Notes under the pieces: model-generated
The model's input: the letters and a program-made list of their open reading frames with translations, nothing else
Databases searched by the model: none
What the model was told of the DNA's origin: nothing
Part shown: positions 30,051 to 43,109 of the stretch, piece after piece
How the letters are laid out: each line of letters starts with the position of its first letter
Numbering within the stretch: position 1 is the first letter of the stretch
Assembly (NCBI GenBank): GCA_964016885.1
Contig: OZ024758.1
Location: forward strand, 3,596,001-3,660,000
Direction: 5' to 3'
Origin: Eledone cirrhosa
Taxonomy: Eukaryota
Length of the DNA: 64,000 bases
Position numbers and translations under genes: made by a program

Positions 30051-30243
30051 GGGAGGTGTGTTGGTAGAATCGGTAGAGGGTCGGACGCCATGCTTTGCAG
30101 CAAAGAGCTACGGGACATTATGATCTGAGTTCAAATCACGCCGAGGTTAACTTTGCCTTTCATCATTACGGGGTCGATAAAATAATGTACCAGTAATACA
30201 CTGGGTATTTGCTGGTCTTGTGCCAGACGTAGAAACAATTATT
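30051..30243 (+). mobile_element. SINE-A full copy
   Basis: Family consensus. Confidence 0.9.
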
Positions 30244-30825
30244 GTTATACAATATAGAAAAGAATGTATAATCATTCTTATACCTTAAGGTAAATATGAT
30301 TCTGTACCACCTGAAAATATATAATTCTCGCCACAGTAGGAAGAAATACCTCACGTGATTCAAATCATATGTTCTACAGTTTCCATTATTTTTAGTTCTT
30401 CTTCGTTTAAAATATATTAGTGGAAACTTATAATATAAGTGTATATGTATATAGCTTCCATCTCATTCAACACCACAGTATATCTATAAATATTTATACG
30501 AATAAATATTGGTTTTCGTTGGCGACATTAAAATGACACCACCTCAGTCACAAAAAGCGTCTATTGTGATAGATTATTAATTGTATTCAGATGAAATATT
30601 TGTTCATGACTCTATACATTTGACGTATTTTCTTTGTTTGCTTTATAATAAAAGTAAACATATATATAGCATATGCAGCAAACACATATACATACACGAA
30701 TACAAAACAAATGCACACAGATTCACGTATGTGTATGCATATATATATATATGCGTGTTTGTGTGCGTGTGTGTATGCGCGTGCGTGTGTGTGTAAATGC
30801 AACATATGTATACAATGTATATAGG

Positions 30826-30858
<33 letters not shown>

Positions 30859-31477
30859 GAATATACATATTTATATATATTTATATATATTTATATATAT
30901 TTATATATATATATATATGAATATACATATTTATATATATATATATATATGAATATACATATTTATATATATATATATATATGAATATACATATTTATAT
31001 ATATATATATATATGAATATACATATTTATATATATATATATATATGAATATACATATTTATATATGAATATATATATATATAGATAGATATATATATGA
31101 ATATATATATATATATATATATATGGTGGTGGGGATAGTGAACCATTGTGTGAGACAGAGAGAGAGTGTGTGTGTGTATGTGTGTGGATATTGGAGATTT
31201 GTTCAGATTATTTTATGAAAGCAAAAACAAATAGAATCAGTTTTCGTGTCTGGTGAGAAATCAGGATATTTGCAGATCTCGACAGTGAAGGAAAGTAATT
31301 AATTCTGTCACTTAGTGTCAATTCCTTGTTGGAAACATCTTAAGTTATTTACATCGATAATACTCATGGGGGACACACAGATGTCTGTTCGTTACGATTT
31401 TCATTTGTCGTAAGTTTAAATCAATATAATACACATGCATGCAGACATACACACACACACATTATATATATATATAT

Positions 31478-31763
31478 AAGTCTAAAGTCTGTCATGAGCA
31501 AGAAGGCTCATTTGGTCGGTGCTTATTCCGGTTTCATGGCATGAGTCGACTGAGAGTACAAGACTCCCTCCTGTACAAGACGCTAGTCCATCGCAGGGTT
31601 AAACCTCCAGCTATTGCTGGTACTCATTTTCAGCTGAGTAAACTGGAGCAATGTGAAATAAAGTGTCTTACTCAAGGAAACAATACATCACCCGGTCCGA
31701 GAATTGAACTCACCACCTTTCGATTGCAAGCCTACTGCTTTAACCACTAAGCCATGCGCCTTC
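31478..31763 (-). mobile_element. SINE-C full length with CCCTGCGATGGACTAGCGTC..AGACTTTAG tail
   Basis: tRNA head, CORE-like middle and long 3' tail; a fragment of this tail also at ~8325-8400. Confidence 0.85.
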
Positions 31764-31788
31764 GCACACACACACACACACACATACA

Positions 31789-31839
<51 letters not shown>

Positions 31840-31853
<14 letters not shown>

Positions 31854-31872
31854 ACGCATGTATGTATGTATG

Positions 31873-31905
<33 letters not shown>

Positions 31906-31924
31906 ACGCATGTATGTATGTATG

Positions 31925-31957
<33 letters not shown>

Positions 31958-31980
31958 ACGCATGTATGTATGTATGTATG

Positions 31981-32013
<33 letters not shown>

Positions 32014-32036
32014 ACGCATGTATGTATGTATGTATG

Positions 32037-32069
<33 letters not shown>

Positions 32070-32095
32070 ACGCATGTATGTATGTATGTATATAT
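31840..32095. repeat. Compound ~44-bp repeat (TG)n-TACGCA-(TGTA)n-(TA)n
   Basis: Five TACGCATG-anchored units. Confidence 0.85.
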
Positions 32096-32351
32096 ATATA
32101 TATATGTAAGTGTATATAAAAGTATGTGTGTATATATATATGTATGTATGTATGTATGTATATGTGTATATATGTATGTATATATGTATGAATATATGTG
32201 TATATATGTGTATATGTGTATGTATATATGTATGTATATACGTATGTATATATGTATATGTATATATACATATATACAGAGAGAGACATATCCACATACT
32301 CAAGCATCTATATATATAAATATACGTCTATTTCTGTGCGCTTATACATAT

Positions 32352-32393
<42 letters not shown>

Positions 32394-32705
32394 GTGCCGT
32401 TACTGTCTCACATCTGAGTTAAGTTCGAAATCTCTCTCATATTAATTAGGGAAAATGTAGAATAGCTATCGTTTTAAGAAGCAACATCATTGGATGAGGA
32501 TGAGCACGGCGCTAGGCATATGTATATATATATATATATATATAAGAGTAATAATAATTATAATACAATGACGTAATGAAGGAGCAACCATTCGCCATTG
32601 TCATATCATATTGCACTCTCTCTAGCTCTATGTATGTAATATTTATATATGTACATACATACATATCCATACACAAACACACACACATATATTTGTCAAC
32701 GAAAC

Positions 32706-32745
<40 letters not shown>

Positions 32746-32934
32746 CATACATATATATATATATATATATTGATGTGCATGCATGTGTGTGTGTGTGTGT
32801 GTGTGTATACATACATATACATACTACAGCTTGACATTGCTGCTATTACACGAAAAGAACTTTCTACTATATAATAATGATCTGTTTTTAAGGCGCGTTC
32901 TAAATCAATAGCAACGACGACATTAATTCTTTTA

Positions 32935-34215
32935 ACCATGGCTGAACCAACAAAACAACAACAAAACTATTTAACAACCCTTTTATACGACCGACTTCAT
33001 CTCACTATCGATTTTCATTGTTTCAACATGAAAGAGTTCTTCAGTTACAAGTTTTTCCTTTATGCTTTCTTCATCGTTCTGATGTGTTACATTACTATAA
33101 GACCAAATTAGGCCTGACATACATCCGGTATTAAGCAGAGCTCTTATCATGTTTGGTCATTAAAATTTTCCGCTCTGTTGTTAAGGATGATTTCTTGTGG
33201 TTTCTTTTAACTATAAATAAGTTTTGTTTGCTTGTTTGTCTGTGTATTTTATATTGTTTTCATTTATCGATATTTACATGATGGTATGGATAGTTAGAAT
33301 GCAATAGATTTAACTAAAGTGCAGTAGGTTTAGTTTGATTATGGTAGAGTTAGATGAATTAAATAGAGAGGTCGTATATTTCCTAGATTTATAACACTTC
33401 AATATATATTTTTTATCCTGTAGCTGATGGATTTCTACTTTGTAAGGTGACTTTGCAGATACACGAGTTTATGATTCTAAAATCTTGTACTGGCAAACTT
33501 TGAATGGGAGAAAACATCAGTTAAAACAAACCTAAACATATAAATTGTCTAAATTAATGTTGTGGTAACATCTAACATATAGATCATCTTTGACCAACGA
33601 TTTGTCTGTAGGATTTAAGCTTATCTAGATTTAAAGAACATTAACTGTTGTATCTTTGATTCTTCACACTGATCTTAAGTACTATATTATGGTTTGTATG
33701 ATATTTTCTGTATAAATAACTAAACTTTCAAATAATTGAATATCGGTGAATGCAGCTCTAATTATATTACAAATCTCTTGTATAGTCATTCTTATATCGA
33801 ACACAGTATCAAAAGTTTTTATCCAATAATTATTTAGGTGTATATTGTCTTTAGAATTCATTCCTACATTTCTATTTCTACAGTAATAAATGCCCTGGCT
33901 GACGAGGAACTGAACATCGGTTACATCCTTATCCAAGGAATCAGTATAAGAGAAAAGATTTTGAGTAGACGATCACCTCTTAGATAATAGAAATCTCATT
34001 GAATATAACATATATTATAGACTTTGCTCTCTGAAATATTACCAATGTTTATTTGCGCTCTTAGATACGATATTAAATTCTGTCTCAAGGCGAACAAGTG
34101 CGATTTATTGGATAATAACACATTCTAGAGAAAGCCAAGTAACATGAAAGCAACAAATATAATGAAAGTCAATGTAGCTTGTACAATTATCTCAATCATT
34201 GGTATGGTAGATTTC
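32935..34215 (-). pseudogene. Possible heavily decayed protocadherin-like exon
   Basis: Strong acceptor (CTTTTCTTCACATGTTTACAG|34215); ATG at 34199 starts hydrophobic MIEIIVQATLTFIIFVAFMLLGFL; colinear remnants IGNI, KTFDTVFDIRMTIQEICN, LDK..SY..IV-KD, VLTDV, ETMKIDSE-EVG; many stops and frameshifts. Confidence 0.35.
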
Positions 34216-34379
34216 CTGTAAACATGTGAAGAAAAGATGAGTTAAACAAAAGAAAAGAAGAATTCAGCGGAATAATAATAATAATGATAACAATAATAAT
34301 AATAATTGTTTCTACGTTAGGCACAAGACCAGCAATTTGAGGGTAAGCAAAAGTGTATTAGGTAAGGAAAAACGCAAAC

Positions 34380-34870
34380 ACGTCTTGAGTGGCACTCCAA
34401 ATACTGTCTGCTCTAACTGAGGGAACATGATGAGGATGATACGTGAAGGGTAAAGAAGATTTTAAGATTAAAATTCATATGTATATTTACAAACAGATCC
34501 AGGATCGCAAGAGAAAAAATCAGCATTGGGTATAGCCCAGAAATAATTAAATTGATGAAAGAAATCTTCCAGAGATAATCAGAAACACCCAGAAAGTGAT
34601 AACAATATACATATCTTTAAATACACTGGTAGATGTCGAGATTTCAACAGAAAAGGGGACGGACGAGGGCTGATGTTAGAACAATACCAAAGGAAATAGG
34701 AGACAGAGGAAAATAAATAGACATTGAGAAGGTCACATGACGTGTGGCGAAAACCTTTAACATTTAATAGTTAAACTGATGAATATATTAGCTACTCAAA
34801 TAATAATGGGCTGAACTGATGCGTGTGATTTTATTGGCAGTATGACCCTCCAAAAGTACAACAATATTTA
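34380..34870 (+). mobile_element. Decayed PLE 3' end related to 4456-5212
   Basis: TTGAGAAGGTCACATGACGTGTGGCGAAA hammerhead remnant; GCGTGTGATTTTATTGGCA..AAGTACAACAATAT terminus matches ~5180-5212. Confidence 0.6.
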
Positions 34871-35344
34871 TTTAAACGCACGATTCCACATCAAGAATCT
34901 CGTAAAACATACACAAATGAAATAATACTAATATTAATAATATGAACAATAATGGCAACATGTACACAATTTGTTAAACCAGCGCGTAACCCCCTTAAAC
35001 AATACATTAAACAAGACAAGAACTGCGTGTGAATGCCAAGGCAAAACAATCAAATATCTTTGTGTATAGAAGACCTGAAGTTGTTTGCTGTAGATAACAA
35101 ACACTATGAACACTGCAGCAGGCAGTAAATTGATTTATTAAAAAGATTGGTGAGATACAAATTAGAAAAATATGCTAAGTCAACCTTGAGGGGAGGAAAA
35201 TTAATTAAGAACACTAAGAGAGAAGATAATTGCACGAGAGACTTTGGAATCAATGAACTAGACGAAATAAAAATGTTTGTAGAAGACCCAAGCAATTGAA
35301 TTATCGATGTAATTCTCAAGCTATAAATTTTGAATATAATAATA

Positions 35345-36360
35345 ATAATTCTAATTCTTCTATTGGCCACTAAGGCGGAGGCATAAATAGCAATATCATA
35401 TTTTTGAGAGAATTTATATAAAAAACATGTGAAGAAAGGGAACAGGCCCTTGTTAACATTACTTTAATGGTAAGAGAATTCCCCAAAGGGGAGAGCACCA
35501 CCCAAGAATATTTTAGAACCTCACAGAACCAAATTCACCCTAAACGCCAAAAGCACAATACGAAGGTGCTCCTCCTCTCCGAATCGTTCCATCATATAGG
35601 CGCATGTTCAGATAGCAACATTTACTTGGACCTTCCTTGCTACATTCGAACACCATTTTAAAATATGTTGGAGCACAGCAATTCACTCTCCATCCTCACG
35701 TTCCTTCCTTCCAAGTTGAATTTGAAAATGTGATATGTGCTTGGTCAAAGTGGAATGTGTCTGTCTTTATTAATATCAATCGTGTCCCACACACAAGCTC
35801 TTTTGTTACAGCTACCTGCCAAATGAAAACCGCTTTCCCTTCTGAGCCCAAACTTACGAAGGGGCGATATTCAAGATTGAGTCGATCGATAGGTGTATCC
35901 GTCCTACAAACCAAAATAGCTGTTCGAGAAATATACATGTTTCAGCAATGCTCGGACGCAGTACTGGTGCGTAAGAACGGTTAAATCGTACACAGGCATC
36001 TCGCATATATCCATCTGGCAACACTGCCTGGTTATACATTTCTGGAAAATATCTATATTCCACAGGCAACACAGGTTTCGACGAAACAGACTGGTTAGTT
36101 CGTATTGGTCGCCCTCCAGAGTTACAGCGAGAATTTCGGCGGACTTACTCACCACTATTCCACTATAGAAGACGATCATGTAATTTCAATTGAACGCATA
36201 ACCCGAGGGCAGTGAGCACTTGACAACTTCTCTGGTGCCAGGCATTCAGTCTTGTTCTTGGGTTGGGACCCCAGTCTGTAGCACATTCAAGGAAACAAGC
36301 AGTGGAAATACGTTTCTGACAAAGTGTGAACACACCACCTATTCCCTCAGGGATATTTGT
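35345..36360 (-). mobile_element. Decayed Tx1/L1-like LINE 3' end
   Basis: Frameshifted remnants PSIAETCIFLEQLFWFVGRIHLSIDSILNIAPS and EGKAVFIWQVAVTKELVCGTRL resemble the C-terminus of Tx1-type ORF2 (from recall); ends CCGCCTTAGTGGCCAATAGAAG plus (ATT)n tail. Confidence 0.6.
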
Positions 36361-36904
36361 AGATACACATACATATGAGTGTTGTATAAAAAAGAAGTTA
36401 TGCTAGACTGTGAAATCTTGTAATTTCAACTCTACTTATTAATGGATGTATTGTAACTTTACAGGGACTGTTGAAAAATAAATCCCATTTGCCCATTCCA
36501 TGAGAGTATCTTGGTCAGGCTATGAACCGTATATATAATTGCTCGGAAGAAAGTTAAGAACACATTTTTTATGACGAATGATTGGAAAATGTCCATAGGT
36601 AGTCACATGATTATTTCGGAAATAGAATTTAAAACGTAGTTGTTTTATCTCAAATTCTTTCATAATGATATAACCAACGTAAGATTTGTGTCACAACGAA
36701 AACATTCCTTTCATTTGAATTGTTTCTTCGTTCACATAGAGTGAACAAATTCTCCAAAACTATAATTTATTTGTCAGTAAAATACATCTAAATTTATGTT
36801 AATCATCCGAAAACCAAACAAAATTACAATAAAAACATTTCTAAAGGCACCTAATACAATATAAAAAAAATTGACTCTGAATAAAATAATTTGGCGTTAA
36901 ATAT

Positions 36905-37140
36905 TGGAGAAAGACGCCTGCCTTGCTGATTAGAGAATTTTATTCGCACCAGTGAGGTTGCGAGTTCGATTCCTGGATCGGGGAATGCGCTATGCATGTC
37001 CTTGTGCAAGAAATTTCATTTCCAGTTGCTCTTTCTGCTTGGAGGTACGACCGGTAGTATTATGTGCAATGGAAAAACCAATGAATACATTACTTCATTG
37101 GTCCGATTTAGCGACTTTCCACCCTATTCGGTAAACTAAA
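36905..37140 (+). mobile_element. Degenerate SINE-C
   Basis: GAGTTCGATTCC B box and TGTCCTTGTGCAAG. Confidence 0.6.
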
Positions 37141-37349
37141 GATACAAAGATGAGCTCACTAAGGTAGATATGGATTGGTTCCACTACGGACAAGCAGGTA
37201 CAATTACATGAAAGAAATACAAAACAAACACGGTGATTTCAACAAGATTATGCGCAAGCATAACAAGAAGAGAATACAGCTTAATAAACGCTATACTCTC
37301 CAACACACACACACACACACACATATGTATGTATGTATGTGTGTGTGAT

Positions 37350-37416
37350 GGCTTAGTTCGGATTTAGCTGTCGAAACGACCGGAGATCAGCTGTCGGGGT
37401 TCTGACTCTTTCCTTA
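37350..37416 (+). mobile_element. Family-B fragment (3' half of hammerhead)
   Basis: TTAGCTGTCGAAACGACC..GCTGTCGGGGTTCTGACTCTTTCC. Confidence 0.65.
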
Positions 37417-37498
37417 TATATATATAAAGAAAAAGAGATGAAATCGAAAATGCAACTGGAGTCTTATTTTTTTTTTAAATATATATATTTATTTGGTT

Positions 37499-37536
37499 CC
37501 TTTACCGGTTTCGCAGTTCTTCTGCTTTTCAAAAGG
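37499..37536 (-). ncRNA. Minimal type I hammerhead ribozyme (U3-A8)
   Basis: Exact reverse complement of 37627-37664. Confidence 0.8.
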
Positions 37537-37626
37537 TGAGTTGAGATGGAGGGTCTGTGGTTTTTCTCACATCTGTGGTTTTTCTCACAGATGTGAGAAA
37601 AACCACAGACCCTCCATCTCAACTCA

Positions 37627-37664
37627 CCTTTTGAAAAGCAGAAGAACTGCGAAACCGGTAAAGG
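37627..37664 (+). ncRNA. Minimal type I hammerhead ribozyme (U3-A8, palindromic stem III)
   Basis: CCUU-UUGAAAA-GCAG(AAGAA)CUGC-GAAA-CCGG-UA-AAGG. Confidence 0.8.
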
Positions 37665-38674
37665 AAACAAATAAATATATATATATTTTTTTTAAATAAG
37701 ACTCCAGTTGCATTTTCGATTTCATCTCTTTTTCTTTATACTTTCACTCGTGTAGGACACCTCGGTTATTTTTCCTTTTGTAAAAAAAAAACCTCACTTT
37801 CTAATATATATAAATATATATATATATATATGAAAGAGAGAGCGAGAGGCTGTAAAATATTTACTAGGGGGCCAAAGCCGAAACCACTTGGCGTCGCATT
37901 CGCTATTTTACATATCTCTCTCCCTCTCTTTCTTTCTCTCTCTGTCTCTCTCTCTGTATATGTGTATATATATATATACAAATATCTGTGTATATTAACA
38001 TATATAAATGTGTGTTGTTTGTGTATGTGTGTTTATTTGTTTGTACGTATGTATGCACATATATACCTGTGGCACGTGGTTCTGTGTACGTGTGTCTTGT
38101 GTTTAACATTGCAAGCAGTCGACTAATCTAAACAGACAGGAGAAACTATTGTCATATAATCATCTTTATCTTCGACCCATAAGATATCTATATAGCTTCG
38201 CAATCAAAGAACAACAACAAATCCTAGAAGCCAATGTCAATATCAATATATGTAACTCATTATTGGTTCTGTAGGAATTTTAGGAGATACTTCAATATTC
38301 GAAAAGCAATATATATACACAAATATATTTAACAAGGAAATATTTAGAACTACTTCTTATTTAGATATTTGTGGGGGATGTTTTCTGTAAAAGGTAAACT
38401 AATATTGAATGACAAAAATGTATCTCCATTAGTTTTACTTTTTCTTAAATCGAATTTTCTGGGTCACTTTTTTATGCTGGGGAGTTCTTTCCTGGAAATG
38501 AAATAGCCAATAAGAAAATGAATAAGAAAAACATTGAATACAAATAATGGAAATCGAAATCGTGACTCCATTGTTGATTTATCGGGGCAATTACTGAAAA
38601 AACTATATAAGTCGTCTGACGATGTCTGCTTTCACGTTAACGCTTTTATCTGTTTATATAGTATGGCATTTGGT

Positions 38675-38872
38675 GAAGGTGCATAGCTTAGTGGTTAGAG
38701 CATTGGGCTTGGAATTAAAAGGTTGAGTTCGATTCTCGGACCGGATGATGTGTTGTGTCCTTGAGAAAGACACTTTATTTCCCGTTGCTCCAGTTTACTC
38801 AGCTGTAGAAATGAGTTGTGATGTTACTGGTGCCAAGATATATCAACCATTACCTTTCCCTTGGACAACATC
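38675..38872 (+). mobile_element. SINE-C
   Basis: tRNA head plus GTGTCCTTGAGAAAGACACTTT..CAGTTTACTCAGCTGTAGAAATGAG. Confidence 0.85.
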
Positions 38873-38983
38873 ATATATAGTGTATATATACTGTACATAG
38901 AGTATATATAATATATATAGTGTATAATATATACTGTACAATGGCTATATAGACTTTATATAGTGTATATATAATATATATAT

Positions 38984-39130
38984 AGAAGGCGCATGGCTTA
39001 GTGGTTAGAGCATTGGGCTTGCAATGAAAAGGTCGTGAGTTCGATTCTCGGACCGGGTTATGTGTTGTGTCCTTGAGCAAGACACTTTATTTCACGTTGC
39101 TCAAGTTTACTCAGCTGTAGAAATGAGTTG
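38984..39130 (+). mobile_element. SINE-C (head plus CORE-like domain)
   Basis: TGGCTTAGTGG A box, GAGTTCGATTCT B box, GTGTCCTTGAGCAAGACAC. Confidence 0.88.
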
Positions 39131-39501
39131 CAATCCTGCCAAATCAATGGATGGCAGTAGTTCCAGCTGCAAGCATCGAAAGACTGATGTAGTGGTTCTG
39201 AGAACAATGCGGCTTTAGAGATGATCAATGCAAATTGACAATGGAAAGACGCTCCCGCTCGAGTTAGAAGAGAACTATTGACCTTCAGGAGAAGCAGCGA
39301 CCCCTGATTGTATTCAGCAATCGAAACAAATATGAAGTACACCAAATCCAATGCTCCTAGGGGCGGCCCTGATTCTTCTTATTTGAGAGTGTAAATTCGG
39401 CCAGATTAGATTAGCTTACATTAGTATGTCTGTGATGGCTTTGACTATTGAGCCTAAATATATCCATACTTAAGCAGTTACTTTATTAATGGTATGTTAT
39501 G

Positions 39502-39815
39502 AGGGTGGTGGATTCGCAGTATCGGTAGAGTGTCGGACGCCATGCTTAGCAGCATAGAGTGACGGCCCTTCACGGTCTGAGTTCAGATCCCGCCGAGGTT
39601 AACTTTGCCTTTCATCCTTACGGGGTCGATAAAATAAAGTACCAGCAACGTAAAGTACCAGTAACAGTAAAGTACCAGCAATCGACTCGCCCCTCCCCCT
39701 CTCCCCTACAAATTGCTGGCCTTGTGCCTAAAGTAGAAACAATTATTGGTATATTATGAGGGCGGTGGGTTGGCAGAATCGATAGAGAGTCAGACACCCT
39801 GCTTAGCAGCATAGA
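39502..39815 (+). mobile_element. SINE-A with internal TAAAGTACCAG triplication, followed by a second head
   Basis: Family consensus. Confidence 0.88.
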
Positions 39816-39862
39816 GAGAGAGAGAGATAAAGACAGAGAGATGTATAGATACATACATACAT

Positions 39863-39897
<35 letters not shown>

Positions 39898-40296
39898 TCT
39901 GTGTGTGCGGACATATTTATTGCTGAGTATTTTTCTATATATTTTTACATATGGTGTATGGAGGCAAAAGTGTCGTGCCTATTATTAAAGTCTTTCCAAT
40001 GCTGAATTTCATTATTCAGTGGAAGATATAAAATTTGTTACACTGTTTCAGTTTCAATATAGTCAATTATATATAATACGACTACTGTATAGTACATGAA
40101 ATATATAACACGAACAAAAAAAGAGTGTAGCAATTCTAAACAACAAAATTATGGGCATTGGTGTATCATTTGTTTAGGTTGAATTATATGTGACGTTGCC
40201 GTCGAGACACAGCGTCAATCTTCGACAAAGAAAAAATATTTATATTTCACATAACGAAGACGAGATTGTTGATCATATAAGATTATCAGACAGTCA

Positions 40297-40399
40297 GTGT
40301 GTATACACATACGTATGTGTATATATGTATATATACGTGTATACGTATGTGTATATATGTATATATGTATATGTATATGTCTATATATATATATATATA

Positions 40400-40435
<36 letters not shown>

Positions 40436-40800
40436 GTGTGCGTGTGTGTGTATAAATATATATATATATGTATATATATGTATATATATACATATATATA
40501 TGTGTACATATATATATGTATATATACATATATATGTGTGTGTGTGTGTGTATATATGTGTACATATATATATGTATATATACATATATATGTGTGTGTG
40601 TGTATATATATATATACATATATATATGTGTATATATACATATATATATGTGTGTACATATATATGTGTGTATATATACATATATATATGAGTGTGTATA
40701 TATATATATATGTACATATATATGTGTGTACATATATATGTGTATATATACATATATATATATATGTGTGTGTGTAAATATACATATATATATATATATA

Positions 40801-40843
<43 letters not shown>

Positions 40844-40890
40844 ATGTGTATATATATATACATATAAATATGTGTACATATATATATATA

Positions 40891-40943
<53 letters not shown>

Positions 40944-40945
40944 GT
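40297..40945. repeat. (TA)/(TG) compound microsatellite
   Basis: Direct reading. Confidence 0.95.
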
Positions 40946-41570
40946 ATAAAGAGTGATTTTGTAAACAGCTGTCATAATTAATTTTCGTGAAAATAAAAAT
41001 TTACTTGAATACAATGTCGCTCTTTCTCTGTCTTTATTCTTCCCTCTCTCTCTCTCTCTCTCCCACGCCCTCATTCCTTACCTATAGACACACACACGTG
41101 TACACAAACACTCGCACATATATATATATATACATACATGATATATACATACATAAATGCAAATGCAGCGATGTTGCTAATAATGACTACTTCACTATGG
41201 AATATATACTAATATGTTTATGCAGTAAAAATCAGTTAGACCTTTACTCACCGGAGTACTGGATACTTATGGTAGTAGATTGGGTAATATGATGGATTCG
41301 GGACCACGACGGGTGAGTTCCTGCTGTTTCAAGAGCTAGATCAGAACTAGTCGTGTCTAGCTTTGATTGTTGAGTGTATGAAACACATAAGCTAGAGCTT
41401 GTCTTGCTACAAATAGTGCTGTCTTCTAATTTCACTCTACAGTTTTATAAAAAGTAAGGCCGAGCTAGAATATTTGGCAATAGGTTCATAATATTTAACT
41501 GTGCAGCGGGGAAAATCTCTAATAAAACGTATTTTATGAGGATTACACATGATTTTATGAGGATTACACA

Positions 41571-41772
41571 TATTGCCATGGATTGGGTACCAGAAGGTGG
41601 CAGGAGAGAACGAGGAAGACCACGAAAAACATGGCGGAGCACATTCAGGGAGGACCTGCAGGAGATGGGAATTACCTGGAGAGGTGCTAGAAGAGCCGCC
41701 AGTGACAGGATCAAGTGGAGGAAGCTCGTCGACCAATGTTCCACAAGGGACTGGAGGAACTAAGACTAAGAC
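41571..41772 (+). mobile_element. RTE-clade LINE extreme 3' end (5'-truncated)
   Basis: IAMDWVPEGGRRERGRPRKTWRSTFREDLQEMGITWRGARRAASDRIKWRKLVDQC (RTE-type W.P.G.R.RGRP..TW...DR..WR C-terminus), stop, then (TAAGAC)2 tail. Confidence 0.9.
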
Positions 41773-42631
41773 ACGTGATCAGAAAATACCAGAGCTTAAC
41801 AACTTTATAAACTTCAACTACATAACAAGACATATACACCATGGGATAAACAAATTAGTGCTCTATGCAAACAGCAAAGTAATCATAAAGCGCGGAATAA
41901 CGAAATAAATTATGAACAAAATATTATTTCTTTAGTATCAACTCATTTTGTGTCGTAAAATGGTTACTGGTATTCAACGATTTCTATATCGGTTGTATTA
42001 GAATGAGGTGAATTAATGTGGTATTCAAAAAATGATTTACAAATCAAGGCAAATTTATACTAAATTTACAATCATTTGCATCAATGAAATTCTAATAGCG
42101 TTTTCAGTTTTGGAAAATGTTCAAATCACTATGAATTATGGAAAAATACAAATTTTAGATTCAATTTTTTTTGCATAATGCAAATGCTTTCATATTAATA
42201 ACGGAGAAAATATTTTAAAAGCGAAGCTTATCCTCAAATGGTTGTTGTTTCCATCGACAACGTTGCTGGTGTCCTGTAGCTCTTATTGAACCTTCATTGA
42301 CCAGTTCTATGATGCGTTCCAGCTATGACTATTTAGCTTGTGATATCGAAGAAAAGATTACCCGTGTGTCTTTTCATTCAAAGGCGGTAGGTTTTAGTTT
42401 TATCAGAATTTGGTTGGTATTTCTAGACAGATGTGTAACTGGTTAACTCATAACATTTTTCACAGTCAAACTATTATTACTATCTTTAAACGTATGCATC
42501 ACAACTGCCATCATCTTATAAAATATTGGTAGGCTCAGCTCTTAGACGTCTGCCGTTATTTCTGCCATTCCTTCATTCTCAGTGTTGCCTTTTTATGGAC
42601 TATAAAGCTCACTAGAACATCACACAATATA

Positions 42632-42734
42632 CAGGTTGTCTCCAAAATGTATACATACTTCAACATCATTCTAATACATATTGTCTATCCAGGTATTCAA
42701 AGAGTGTATATATATATATTTTTTGGACACCCTA
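42632..42734. mobile_element. Tc1/mariner-type MITE (~100 bp)
   Basis: TA-CAGGTTGTCTCCAAAATGTATAC ... TTTTGGACACCCTA-TA. Confidence 0.6.
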
Positions 42735-43077
42735 TATATACACAAATTGAATATCAGTCGGATTTCCTTCATTTCCACAAAGCCAACTCCACATGTTCTG
42801 GTTGCATTGGTATAAGATCGTCTCCTTATAGGTAAATAACTTGACAACATTAAATGTAAAAGTGTATAAATATACACATAGAGAAACATTGAATGATCTT
42901 GTCAATCTTATATTGTATAATTATATTTAAAAAATAGATTATGGTTTTGATATATTTTCCAGTTCATGTAAACATTAGAGACATTAAAGTCTCTACTTTT
43001 CTTGTTCATTTTATTCCTTTAGCATATGGATTTATTGTTGTAATTTATTATATTATATAATTGATTATATTATATAA

Positions 43078-43109
<32 letters not shown>

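Larger units (their letters stand above)
37421..37804. mobile_element. ~155-bp near-perfect inverted repeat plus ~64-bp tail; each arm carries a hammerhead
   Basis: Arms ~37422-37577 and ~37586-37740; TA-flanked. Confidence 0.85.
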
